Source: Gemmatimonadales bacterium
GTDB taxonomy: Bacteria > Gemmatimonadota > Gemmatimonadetes > Gemmatimonadales > GWC2-71-9
NCBI GenBank assembly: GCA_036397755.1
Contig: DASWII010000035.1
Span: 43,049 to 107,048 of the forward strand
Direction: 5' to 3'
DNA length: 64,000 nucleotides
Positions 47,295-56,550 of the stretch are shown one piece after another (the first letter of the stretch is position 1; each line of letters opens with the position of its first letter). The translations under genes and the position numbers were made by a program. Under the pieces are notes generated by a model that ran no database searches, was not told the DNA's origin, and was given only the letters and a program-made list of their open reading frames with translations.

Positions 47295-48463
47295 GGAACT
47301 GGCTCGCATCGCTGCTGCTTGTCGGCGCGATCACCGGGGAGGTGCGTGCTCAGATTCCGGACCTTCCCAAGATCGGCAGGAACTGGACGGACGTTTCCTA
47401 CCCCAAGCTGTTCTGGACGTCCAAGGACGGGTTTACCGCGGGTCTGTATTACGCGCAGATCCGCCCCATGGGGTTCCTCAATTTCTTCGAACCCCAGCCT
47501 TATGGCGGATCGCTCGAGATCGACGGCCAAGTCTCGACATCGGGGAGCAAGCTCCTCGTGCTCGAGGCGCGGCTCCCCCGGCTCGTGGAGGGGTGGAGGT
47601 TTGCCGCCACGGCGAAAGTGAGCCGGGAGGCGCGCGCGTACTACTTCGGCCTCGGCAATCAAACCGCCTATGACGGCACCCTCGAGAACGACCAGCAGCC
47701 ACTCTACTATCGATGGAACCACAAGTCGGCCTTCCTCCGCGCCGAGGCGCAGCGCCAGATCGTCGGCGGGCTGCGGGCGCTGGTCGGCGTTCATCTCGAG
47801 CGCTCGCGCACCGACACCGTGGCCGGACTCAGCCTCCTCGCCCAGAACTTCGCCGCGGACCCCAGCCTCGAGGTAGAGCGCGCCGTCGCCCAGCTCGGTG
47901 TACGAATCGGGCTCGTGTTCGACACCCGAAACGACGAGGTGGCGCCCGCGCGAGGGGTCCTGCTCGAAGGCATCCACTCTCGGTTTGGTGGGGAAAGCCG
48001 CTTTCACCGAACGACGCTTTCCGGTGCGGCGTACGTTACCCCGTTCGGTCGCGTCACCTTTGCCGGCAGAGTGGTGGCCCAGATCGCGGGCGGAGATCCG
48101 CCCCTGCAGGCGCTCGACGTCGTCGAAGTGAGTGAGAACGTCTATGCAGGAGTCGGGGGTGAGCGGTCGCATCGCGCGTTCCTCGAGCGCCGTTTTCTCG
48201 GGGCAGACAAGCTGCTGTTCAACGCGGATATCCGTTGGGAAGCGATCACGACTCCCACGCTGTATCGCGTCACCCTGCTCACGTTCCTCGACGCGGGGCG
48301 GGTGTTCGACCAGGATGGTCTTCGACTCACCGCCGAGGGACTCCACGTGGGCGCTGGCGGCGGCATCATGCTGCACTTCTTCCGTGCGGCGGTGATGGGA
48401 GCAACGGTGGGGTTCGGTGAGGACGGTGGAACCCTCACGATCCACACCCAATGGTCCTATTGA
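47291..48463 (+). CDS. outer-membrane beta-barrel protein (Omp85/surface-antigen-like)
   Basis: GTGA overlap, signal peptide, alternating beta-strand pattern and a terminal aromatic ...TQWSY. Confidence 0.6.
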   Translation: MRNWLASLLLVGAITGEVRAQIPDLPKIGRNWTDVSYPKLFWTSKDGFTAGLYYAQIRPMGFLNFFEPQPYGGSLEIDGQVSTSGSKLLVLEARLPRLVEGWRFAATAKVSREARAYYFGLGNQTAYDGTLENDQQPLYYRWNHKSAFLRAEAQRQIVGGLRALVGVHLERSRTDTVAGLSLLAQNFAADPSLEVERAVAQLGVRIGLVFDTRNDEVAPARGVLLEGIHSRFGGESRFHRTTLSGAAYVTPFGRVTFAGRVVAQIAGGDPPLQALDVVEVSENVYAGVGGERSHRAFLERRFLGADKLLFNADIRWEAITTPTLYRVTLLTFLDAGRVFDQDGLRLTAEGLHVGAGGGIMLHFFRAAVMGATVGFGEDGGTLTIHTQWSY

Positions 48464-48467
48464 GGAC

Positions 48468-49607
48468 CTACTCCTCGACGACTTCGATGCCGCGGCGGGC
48501 GAGTGCATCCACGTACGGCTGGAACGGCACGGCCTGGAACGCGGGCTGGACGCCCGGCGCGATCTCCCCCGCGACCTGCATCTGACCCGTGATCGACAAC
48601 GAGTACCCGGTCGTCCGCTCCATGGCGGTGATCGCGACTTTCCGGTCGTAGCGGTCTAAAACGCGGAACGCCGCGCGCACCGGTTGTCCGTCGTGCTCCC
48701 CCTCACCCACGACCCGGAGCGCCACCAGATCCTCCGCGTCAGGGTGGCGCAGGTGCGGCTCGACCACGGCGACGAACACGTCCCGGGGCCGCACGGACAC
48801 TTTCCCGACGACGACGGGATCGAGGTCCACCAACCCCAGATCGCGGATTGCCTTCATGATGTGTGCATGCCCCGGATAGCGCAGCGTCTTGTACTCCATG
48901 TTCTGCACGATCCCTTTAAACGCCCACGGCATCGTGGAGAGACCTCCTCCGGTGTGGAACGCCTCGAGCGTGCCGAGCGGCGCGGGAAAGCACACGTCCT
49001 CAAGCTCGGTGAGCGGCTCGACCTGCATGCGCTCACCCTCGCGGATGATCCAGGAGGGCGTCGTGTAATAATCCAACGCCCCCTCGAGCGAGTACACGAC
49101 TTGGTAGTTCAGGGGAGGCTTCGGGTGCTGCGGCAACCCACCTACAAAGAGCTTCACTGAATGCGCGCGACCTCCCACTCGGCGAACACATTCGGCCGCA
49201 AGAATATTTGCCAGGCCGGGAGCCAGTCCACAGTCCGGAACCACCGAGATGCGGCGGTCATTAGCCGATCCGTGCAGGGCCTCCTGGTCATGCACGATCT
49301 GCGTGTTGCCACCGAGGTCGCAGTAGTGGACGCCAGCTTCGATCGCCGCCTGCGTGACCGGGAGATTGAAGTAGTACGGCAGGGCACACATCACGGCGTC
49401 ACAGCTGCGCAGCGTGCTGACCACCGCCTCCTGCTCACGAGCGTCGAGCTCGAGCGCCGTCAGGCGATGGCCCAGATACGGGCGCAGGAAGGCCGGAAGG
49501 TCGCCGATCTGCTTGTCGGCAAGTGTGACCTGGGCGTCGGACGTCTGCAGCAGATCATATGCACACGCGGATCCCTGAAGGCCCGCGCCTAACACCAGCA
49601 TCTTCAT
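48468..49607 (-). CDS. saccharopine dehydrogenase family protein
   Basis: MKMLVLGAGLQGSACAYDL Rossmann motif and a saccharopine dehydrogenase-like C-terminal region. Confidence 0.8.
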   Translation of the reverse strand: MKMLVLGAGLQGSACAYDLLQTSDAQVTLADKQIGDLPAFLRPYLGHRLTALELDAREQEAVVSTLRSCDAVMCALPYYFNLPVTQAAIEAGVHYCDLGGNTQIVHDQEALHGSANDRRISVVPDCGLAPGLANILAAECVRRVGGRAHSVKLFVGGLPQHPKPPLNYQVVYSLEGALDYYTTPSWIIREGERMQVEPLTELEDVCFPAPLGTLEAFHTGGGLSTMPWAFKGIVQNMEYKTLRYPGHAHIMKAIRDLGLVDLDPVVVGKVSVRPRDVFVAVVEPHLRHPDAEDLVALRVVGEGEHDGQPVRAAFRVLDRYDRKVAITAMERTTGYSLSITGQMQVAGEIAPGVQPAFQAVPFQPYVDALARRGIEVVEE

Positions 49608-49736
49608 TCGACCCCACCTCCATCCACAGTGAGTCCGGCCCCCCGGGGCCCAAGTTCGGGCGCTAAAGATAACCGGAGCACGACCTCGTCAGGACGCAGT
49701 GACTTCCGCTCCACGGTGCGGCTGAGTAAGATGTGA

Positions 49737-50351
49737 GTGATGACTCACCCACAGACCATGGCTACCGTCAAGACCGGTCCAAGAAACGCCCAGGCAACGC
49801 GCGATCGCCTGGTACGATCCGCGGTCAGCCTGATGACCGAACGGGGATACCACGCGACGACCACCCCGCAGATTGCCCGTGCGGCTAACGTCGCCGAAGG
49901 CACGATGTACCGGCATTTCAGCAGCAAGCAGGCCATGCTCAACGAGATCTACCGGGCCGGGGCACGCATCTTCCTGGACCGCGCCAGGACTTCCCCGCCC
50001 GGCGACTGCCGCGCCCGGTTGCGGGACCTCGCCGAGCACTGGCGCACGATGGCGCTACGCGACGGTCCGCTCGTGAGGTGTGTCATGCTCACTGACTGGA
50101 AGGACCTGCTCGACGCACGCAGCCTTGAAATGCGTGGGAACCTCCGATTCGCGATCGAGGCTATCGTGGCCGCCGGAAAGGCCGATGGCATGGTGCGGGC
50201 GGGCCCGGCCGCGGTCCTGGCCGACTGCTGGCTGGCGATCGTTCGGAGGGTGTTGGAGGAAACGGCCGCCGGACGCTGGCCACCGGATCACCCATCCGCC
50301 GCCCTGGCGCTCGACGCCGCGTGGGACGCGATTGCGGCTCCCACCCGCTAG
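49737..50351 (+). CDS. TetR family transcriptional regulator
   Basis: TRDRLVRSAVSLMTERGYHATTTPQIARAANVAEGTMYRHF HTH. GTG 49737 / ATG 49740 sits within a GTGAGT-GATG-ACTCAC palindrome. Confidence 0.85.
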   Translation: MMTHPQTMATVKTGPRNAQATRDRLVRSAVSLMTERGYHATTTPQIARAANVAEGTMYRHFSSKQAMLNEIYRAGARIFLDRARTSPPGDCRARLRDLAEHWRTMALRDGPLVRCVMLTDWKDLLDARSLEMRGNLRFAIEAIVAAGKADGMVRAGPAAVLADCWLAIVRRVLEETAAGRWPPDHPSAALALDAAWDAIAAPTR

Positions 50352-50443
50352 ACATCTGACCTGCGCCCGGTAATTTCGAGAGTTTTCATAACCCGAAGGC
50401 TCTCGCCCAGATTCGCCTTTCGCATGGAAAGGAAGACGGTTTC

Positions 50444-51820
50444 ATGAACTCGAATGCACCGCGCGACACGTGGGGCTCGAAAGCCGCGTTCATCCTGGCT
50501 GCGGCCGGGAGCGCGGTGGGGCTCGGGAATATCTGGGGCTTCCCGACCATGGCCGCGGCCAATGGTGGCGGCGCGTTCTTGCTGGTCTACCTGCTGTGCG
50601 TGGCGCTCATCGGCGCTCCGGTCATGCTGGCGGAGCTCACCATCGGACGGAATACTCAGAAGAACCCGGTGGGCGCGTTCCGAGCCCTGGCGCCGCGTTC
50701 GGCATGGATCGTCGTCGGTGGGCTCGGCGTTGTCGCTGGCGTGGTGATTCTGAGTTTCTACTCGGTCATCGCTGGTTGGACCCTGGCGTACATCTGGAAG
50801 AGCGCGACCGGCGCATTCCCGCCTGGCGCCGACACGGCCACGATCTTCGCCGGCGTGGCCGCCAGTCCGGTGCCCGCCATCGGATACCATCTGCTCTTCA
50901 TGGCAATCACGGTCTCCGTCGTGATCGGTGGCGTGCGCGACGGTATCGAGCGCTGGACAAAGGTGCTGATGCCGGGTCTCGCGATCGTGTTGTTGCTACT
51001 GGTTGCGCGTGCGGTCACCCTCTCGGGTGCGGGAGCCGGCCTGGAGTTCTACCTTAAACCTGACTTTGGCAGCATCACGGGCGGCACCGTCCTCGCCGCG
51101 GCCGGCCAGGCCTTCTTCAGCCTGAGTCTCGGCATGGGCGCCATGATTACGTACGGCTCCTACATCTCGAAGAAGGACGACCTCGTCTCATCCGCACTGT
51201 GGGTGGTCGGGCTCGATACGTTCGTCGCCGTCCTGGCGGGTCTCCTGATCTTCCCAACGCTATTTCACGCCGGGCTGGACGCTGGAGCTGGTGGACCGGG
51301 CATGGTGTTCGTCGTACTCACGTCGTTACTCAGCACGATCCCGCCGGCACCCATCGGCGGCATCATCTTTGGCACGCTTTTCTTCGTGCTTCTCTTCATT
51401 GCCGCGCTCACGTCGAGCATCTCGCTTCTCGAGGTCGGTACGGCGTACTTCGTCGACGAGAAGAACATTTCGCGCAAGAAGGCCGTGATTCTTCTCGGAG
51501 CGTTGGCGTTCGTGCTCGGTATCCCGAGCGCGCTGGCGAACGGCGCGGTACCCTTCCTGACTTCGTTGCCGGGCATCGGCATGGATTTCCTGAGTTTCTT
51601 GTTCACCGTCTTCGGCCAGTACGCGCTCGTCGTCGGTGCATTGCTGATCAGCGTGTTCACGGCGTGGATCTGGGGTACGAAGCGAGCAGGCGACGAAGTG
51701 CGGGCCAATGACGGTCAGTTCCCATTCGAGGGAACCTGGAATCTCCTGATCCGCTACGTGTGCCCGATTGCCATCACCGCGATCCTGGCAAACCTCGTGT
51801 GGGGTCTTGTCGTTTCGTGA
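50444..51820 (+). CDS. sodium-dependent transporter (neurotransmitter:sodium symporter / SNF family)
   Basis: WGSKAAFILAAAGSAVGLGNIWGFP is the NSS signature. About 12 TM helices. Confidence 0.9.
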   Translation: MNSNAPRDTWGSKAAFILAAAGSAVGLGNIWGFPTMAAANGGGAFLLVYLLCVALIGAPVMLAELTIGRNTQKNPVGAFRALAPRSAWIVVGGLGVVAGVVILSFYSVIAGWTLAYIWKSATGAFPPGADTATIFAGVAASPVPAIGYHLLFMAITVSVVIGGVRDGIERWTKVLMPGLAIVLLLLVARAVTLSGAGAGLEFYLKPDFGSITGGTVLAAAGQAFFSLSLGMGAMITYGSYISKKDDLVSSALWVVGLDTFVAVLAGLLIFPTLFHAGLDAGAGGPGMVFVVLTSLLSTIPPAPIGGIIFGTLFFVLLFIAALTSSISLLEVGTAYFVDEKNISRKKAVILLGALAFVLGIPSALANGAVPFLTSLPGIGMDFLSFLFTVFGQYALVVGALLISVFTAWIWGTKRAGDEVRANDGQFPFEGTWNLLIRYVCPIAITAILANLVWGLVVS

Positions 51821-51929
51821 GCCGAGGTAACGGCGACCGGCCGGTCACCGGGCGAGGCAAGGCACCGATCGTCGGCCGCGCGGGCGGGAGGCCGCCCACG
51901 AGACTCGAGCGGCGGTCATGCCGCGGCGG

Positions 51930-53030
51930 TCACGCCGCGCTGGTTGGTGCATACACGTCGAACACGGCGGACTCCGGCTGCGGCGTCCGCGCATCGCGAC
52001 TGCCCAGGGCGACCTCGATTGCATCGTCGACTTCCTCGATCACCTGTCGCTCGGCCTGGTCCAATTGCTCCTGCGGAACGCCGAACCGCTTGAGTTGCTC
52101 CTCATAGAGACCGATAGGATCACGCGCACCCCAATACGCATAGGTCTCCGCGGGAATCATGCGCCGCGCGTCCTGCTCGTCGTGCGTGGCGTGACCGCCC
52201 ATCCGAAACGTCGCCGCCGAGAGGATTACCGGGCCTTCGCCGGCGCGACATCGATCGACGGCGAGCTTCGTCGCCGCAAACGCGTCAAGCACGTTGTTGC
52301 CGTCGAAGGCCCAGCCGGCGCATCCGTACGCTTCATGGAGCTCATCGAAGTGCCCCGTCGGGTGATGTTCGTTCACGGGCGTGCCCAGCGCGATCTGGTT
52401 GTTCTGGATGATAAAGATGGCCGGCAAGCGAAGCACGGCCGCAAAGTTAAGCGCCTCATGGGTTGCCCCCGCGTTCACCGAACCGTCACCAATCCACGTC
52501 AGTGCGACTCGCCGCTCCGAGCGCAGGACGAACGCCAAGGCGATCCCGCAGATGACGGGGGGCATACTCCCGATATGCGATACGGGCTGGAGTACCCGGC
52601 GCGAGAAATCTCCAACGTGGCCGTCCCGACCCCGCGAGGGCGAGTCGGCGGTTCCGAGATACCCCCGCAGCATGTCGGCAACAGGCATCCCCATCTCGCA
52701 GGAGGCGGCGGCGTTACGGATCATCGGGGCGACGACGTCCTCCGCGCGATTCAGGGCGTGCACGGGTCCGATCGTCGTCGCCTCCTCTCCCGTACCGAGC
52801 CAGGCCTTCGAGATCACTCCCTGCCACACCCAACGCTTGAGCGCGACGTCGTGCAGGCGCGCCCGCACCAACCCTCGGTACAATCCAAGCAGCGCATCGC
52901 GGGATAGCGCCAGAACGGTCTCGGCGCGGTGCTCATCGCGGCGCCATGTGGCCTCGAACTCCTCGATCAAGCTTGGATCCCCGTGCCACGAGACGTACTC
53001 CGGCGGATCGAAGGCGGGATACCGCTGCAC
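51930..53030 (-). CDS. thiamine-diphosphate-dependent 2-oxoacid dehydrogenase E1 alpha subunit
   Basis: TPP motif IGDGSVNAGATHEALNFAAVLRLPAIFIIQNN. 366 aa. No adjacent E1-beta, E2 or E3. Confidence 0.8.
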   Translation of the reverse strand: MQRYPAFDPPEYVSWHGDPSLIEEFEATWRRDEHRAETVLALSRDALLGLYRGLVRARLHDVALKRWVWQGVISKAWLGTGEEATTIGPVHALNRAEDVVAPMIRNAAASCEMGMPVADMLRGYLGTADSPSRGRDGHVGDFSRRVLQPVSHIGSMPPVICGIALAFVLRSERRVALTWIGDGSVNAGATHEALNFAAVLRLPAIFIIQNNQIALGTPVNEHHPTGHFDELHEAYGCAGWAFDGNNVLDAFAATKLAVDRCRAGEGPVILSAATFRMGGHATHDEQDARRMIPAETYAYWGARDPIGLYEEQLKRFGVPQEQLDQAERQVIEEVDDAIEVALGSRDARTPQPESAVFDVYAPTSAA

Positions 53031-53041
53031 GCCAAAGGCGC

Positions 53042-54127
53042 CTAGCGAAGAAACGCGCGCAACCGGTCGCGCTCCGCAACGGCAACTGCCTCCACGAGCG
53101 CGCGTCCGAACTCGAGCGTCGTGGGAAAACGCCGGTCCGGCTCGGAGTCCATGGACTTCGTCAGAGCCGCCTCGAGCGCTTCCGGGAACGCTGGCCGCAA
53201 CTGCCGCAGCGGCGTGGGCCGCCCGCGGAGACGCGCAATCATCATCTCCTGCGGGGTGCGTCCCTGGAACGGGAGTTTGCCGGTGAACAACTCGAACGCC
53301 ACGATCCCGAGTGCATACACGTCACTACGCGCGTCGAGGTCCTTCCCGCGGATTTGTTCGGGACTCATGAACTCGGGTGTCCCGAGTATGATGCCCGTCG
53401 CCGTCAGCTTGGCAGCTCCACTCCCGGAACGACTCTCTTTCGCGAGCCCGAAGTCCATGACCACAGCCTGGTCGGAGCCGTCATCATGCTTGACGAGCAT
53501 GATGTTCTCAGGCTTGAGATCCCGGTGCACGATATTGAATTGGTGGGCGTGATGGAGGCCAGCGCAGCACTGCACCATGATCTCCACGCCGGGATGCACC
53601 TCCATCGGTCCGACTTGGGCCTCGCGATCGGACAGCAGCTCTCCCTTGAGGAAGGGCATCACGAGATAGATGAGGCCGTCCTCGGTCTCCCCCAGGCGCA
53701 GGATGCGACACGCGTTCGGGTGGTCGAGACGCATGGCCAGACCGGCCTCGCGGCGCAAGCGCTCGACGGAGCTCTGATCCTTGCTGAGCTTCGGGGTCAG
53801 CACCTTGATGGCGACGAACTCGCCGGAATGCACATCCCGAGCTTCGTACACGTACGCCATTCCTCCTTCACCCAGCTTGCTCAGCACCTGGTACCGCCGA
53901 TCCAACATCTGATCCACCAGCGAGCCAGCGCGGTCCAGTCCTGCTCCCTGCTTCTTCGGCACCGCGGCACGCACCTGCGTCCCTACCAACTTCTTGGCCT
54001 CCGGATCCCTCGGTTTCACCGCGGGCGGCGCCCCACCGCTCACGTCGACGAGCGGAGTGCCATCCTTCGGGCAGAACCGTGCCTCACCGGCATAGACAGT
54101 CTTGCAGCGCGGACAGCGTCGGCTCAT
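53042..54127 (-). CDS. Ser/Thr protein kinase with N-terminal zinc ribbon
   Basis: CPRCKTVYAGEARFCPKDG zinc ribbon. Hanks motifs GEGGMAYVY, VAIK, HRDLKPEN, DFG and GTPEFMSPE. Confidence 0.9.
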   Translation of the reverse strand: MSRRCPRCKTVYAGEARFCPKDGTPLVDVSGGAPPAVKPRDPEAKKLVGTQVRAAVPKKQGAGLDRAGSLVDQMLDRRYQVLSKLGEGGMAYVYEARDVHSGEFVAIKVLTPKLSKDQSSVERLRREAGLAMRLDHPNACRILRLGETEDGLIYLVMPFLKGELLSDREAQVGPMEVHPGVEIMVQCCAGLHHAHQFNIVHRDLKPENIMLVKHDDGSDQAVVMDFGLAKESRSGSGAAKLTATGIILGTPEFMSPEQIRGKDLDARSDVYALGIVAFELFTGKLPFQGRTPQEMMIARLRGRPTPLRQLRPAFPEALEAALTKSMDSEPDRRFPTTLEFGRALVEAVAVAERDRLRAFLR

Positions 54128-55578
54128 ATCCGTACCAAGTTGCGGCCGTCCCGCTTCGCGCGGTAGAGGGCCTCGTCAGCCTGCTTGATCAATGTATCGG
54201 GGTGCCGGAGATCCGTGGCCAACGTGCTGGCCACGCCAACCGATACCGTCGCGTGGAGCGGCGTTTGCCCATCGGAAAAGTCGTGCCGCTCCACGGAGAC
54301 CCGAATCCGCTCGGCAAACTGCGCCGCTCCGTCTCGATCTGTTTCCGGCAAGAGGACGACGAACTCCTCTCCACCATACCGTGCCACCGCGTCCACTTCT
54401 CGCACCTCGTCTCGCAAGAGCTTGCCCACCTGCTGAAGCACACGGTCGCCGACGAGGTGCCCCAGTGTATCGTTGATGGTTTTGAACCGATCGACGTCGA
54501 TCATCAAGATGGACAACGCCAGTCCATACCGGCGCAGGCGTTTCAACTCGGATTCGAGCCGCTCCGTGAGCGCCCGTCGATTGAGACATCCGGTCAGCAC
54601 GTCGGTCGTCGCGAGCCAGCGATACCGGAGCTTGTCGGACTCCGCGGACTGCAGTTGATAGGCCTTTTCGACGGCATTGATCGCCGTCTCGACTGCACGT
54701 GACGCGAACTGCACGTCGCGCTCGGTGAGCGGGGCCTCACTCTGCAGCGTGCGCACGAAGAACACGCCGGTCTGTTGCTCCTGCAGGCCAAACGGCACGG
54801 TGATGGCCGACCGCGTGGCAACTGTTACGCCCTCTCGTGCCCACTCCTGGCGAACATCGTTGTACAGCGGGTCCGTCGCCACGTCTCTGACCAGCACGGG
54901 GTGGTTGGTCTCGAGCGCGCGACCGATTTCGGGATAGCGATCCAACCGCACGTCCAGGTTGCGCAGCATGGGGTTCTCGGAGGCGGTGACCACCGTTCCA
55001 ACGCTGTCTCCCGACTTGGCGAGGACCACCGAGCACCGCCCAACCCGTAGCACATTCGCTACGCGCCGCGTCAGAATGTGATAGATCTCCTCGGGCGCGA
55101 GCGCATCCGTGACCTCATGGAGGATGTCGAGCATCTCGGCATGGGTTGCCGCTTCCTTGGCCTGCTGCTCGGCCTCCCGCCGCACGGCACGCAGGGCCGC
55201 GCCCACCCGAAGATGCGCCTCCACGCGCGCAAGCAGCTCCTTGACGCGGAACGGTTTACTAATGAAGTCGTTGGCGCCGAGACCCAGCGAGCGAACCGTG
55301 GCTTCCTCCGGCAACATTGACGAGATCATCAGCACCGGGAGGTCTGCGTAGCGACGGTCGGCTTTTACCTGCGCCAGCAGCTGGAGCCCGTCGACTTTTG
55401 GCATCATGATGTCCAACATCAGGAGGTCGGGTCGCTCCAGTTCCAGAATCGCCAGGAGATTCTCCCCGCTCTCCAAGGGCTCCACCTGATACCCTTTGGA
55501 CGTGAGTATGGTCGTCAGCGTCTTGAGCAACGCTCGGTCGTCGTCGGCGACCAAGATCTTCTGAGGACTGTCGCTCAT
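54124..55578 (-). CDS. response regulator receiver - GAF - GGDEF diguanylate cyclase
   Basis: The REC domain (ILVADDD...DIMMP...K) precedes a GAF-like middle region. GGDEF domain has an intact GGEEF and an RxxD I-site (REVD, 5 residues upstream). ATGA overlap with the kinase gene. Confidence 0.9.
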   Translation of the reverse strand: MSDSPQKILVADDDRALLKTLTTILTSKGYQVEPLESGENLLAILELERPDLLMLDIMMPKVDGLQLLAQVKADRRYADLPVLMISSMLPEEATVRSLGLGANDFISKPFRVKELLARVEAHLRVGAALRAVRREAEQQAKEAATHAEMLDILHEVTDALAPEEIYHILTRRVANVLRVGRCSVVLAKSGDSVGTVVTASENPMLRNLDVRLDRYPEIGRALETNHPVLVRDVATDPLYNDVRQEWAREGVTVATRSAITVPFGLQEQQTGVFFVRTLQSEAPLTERDVQFASRAVETAINAVEKAYQLQSAESDKLRYRWLATTDVLTGCLNRRALTERLESELKRLRRYGLALSILMIDVDRFKTINDTLGHLVGDRVLQQVGKLLRDEVREVDAVARYGGEEFVVLLPETDRDGAAQFAERIRVSVERHDFSDGQTPLHATVSVGVASTLATDLRHPDTLIKQADEALYRAKRDGRNLVRI

Positions 55579-55582
55579 GAAG

Positions 55583-56494
55583 TCACGTAGTGCGGTCCAA
55601 TGCTGTCACCCATTCCGGATCGACGTTCCCGCCGCTCACGATCAGCACGACCGGCCCGTCCGGCGCGAGTCGCCCCGCCCGGGCCGCGGCCGTCGTCGCT
55701 GCACCCGATGGCTCCGCCAACACCCGCATCGTGCGATACAGCCAGGCGGTCGCGGACGCAATCTCCTCATCGCTCACCGCGCAGGCCAGCACGCGTCCAG
55801 CGACGAGGGCGAAATTCAACTCGCCGACCGCCAGAGGCAGCAAGCCGTCCGCGATGCTGTGCGAGCGGTCGAGGCGCACGGGATGGCCTGCCTCCAGCGC
55901 GGCGCCGAGGGCACGGGCACCATCGGGCTCCACCGCACAAATCTTCACTTTGGGACGCAGGGCCGCCACAGCCGTGACGACTCCGGCGACCAGCCCTCCA
56001 CCACCAACCGGCACGGCGATCATCGCCACGTCCGGCACGTCCTCGACGATCTCGAGGCCGACGGTGCCTTGGCCCGCAATGATATCGCAGTGGTCATACG
56101 GAGGCGCCACGGTCAGCCCCTCCGCCGCCGCGAGCTCTAACGCCCGGCGGCGGCGATCATCCGATGTGCTACCAGCAAACACCACCTCGCCACCCCACCG
56201 CCGTACCCCCTCGACCTTGATCGCCGGCGCTGACTCCGGCATGACGACGACGGCGCGAACCTCGGCCCGCTGGGCGGCGTAGGCCAACGCCTGCCCGTGG
56301 TTCCCGCTGGAGTAGGTGACCACGCCGCGCGCGCGGACTTGCGGGGCGAGCCGACGAATGAAGGTCCAGGCGCCCCGGAGCTTGAAAGCCCCGGTGGGTT
56401 GGCGGTTCTCCAACTTGAGATACGTCGGCACGCCCAGTGCGTTGGACAATGGAGAGCACGGGAGGGCGGGCGTGCGCACGACCACTTCGTACAA
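55583..56494 (-). CDS. PLP-dependent serine/threonine dehydratase family (fold type II)
   Basis: YLKLENRQPTGAFKLRGA (PLP Lys) and VPVGGGGL. The listed start is TTG 56494. Homology-like sequence continues upstream (see findings). Confidence 0.8.
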   Translation of the reverse strand: MYEVVVRTPALPCSPLSNALGVPTYLKLENRQPTGAFKLRGAWTFIRRLAPQVRARGVVTYSSGNHGQALAYAAQRAEVRAVVVMPESAPAIKVEGVRRWGGEVVFAGSTSDDRRRRALELAAAEGLTVAPPYDHCDIIAGQGTVGLEIVEDVPDVAMIAVPVGGGGLVAGVVTAVAALRPKVKICAVEPDGARALGAALEAGHPVRLDRSHSIADGLLPLAVGELNFALVAGRVLACAVSDEEIASATAWLYRTMRVLAEPSGAATTAAARAGRLAPDGPVVLIVSGGNVDPEWVTALDRTT

Positions 56495-56550
56495 CCCGGC
56501 TGCCGCCTCTTCGACGTCCGCCAGCGTGACTGGTAATCCGAGTGACCCCG

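Noticed and set aside
50361-50400. CGAGAG...CTCTCG inverted repeat between tetR and the Na+ symporter, considered as a possible TetR operator.
   Set aside because: It has only a 6 bp stem with a 17 nt spacer, which is weak. The palindrome at the tetR start (49735-49750) is an equally plausible operator. Neither can be supported without binding data.
51831-51887. GC-rich hairpins (GGCGACC-GGCC-GGTCACC and GGGCGG-GAGG-CCGCCC) between the convergent transporter and E1 alpha genes.
   Set aside because: The stems are short or imperfect and have no U-tract on either strand. They may still aid termination, but the evidence is too weak to annotate.
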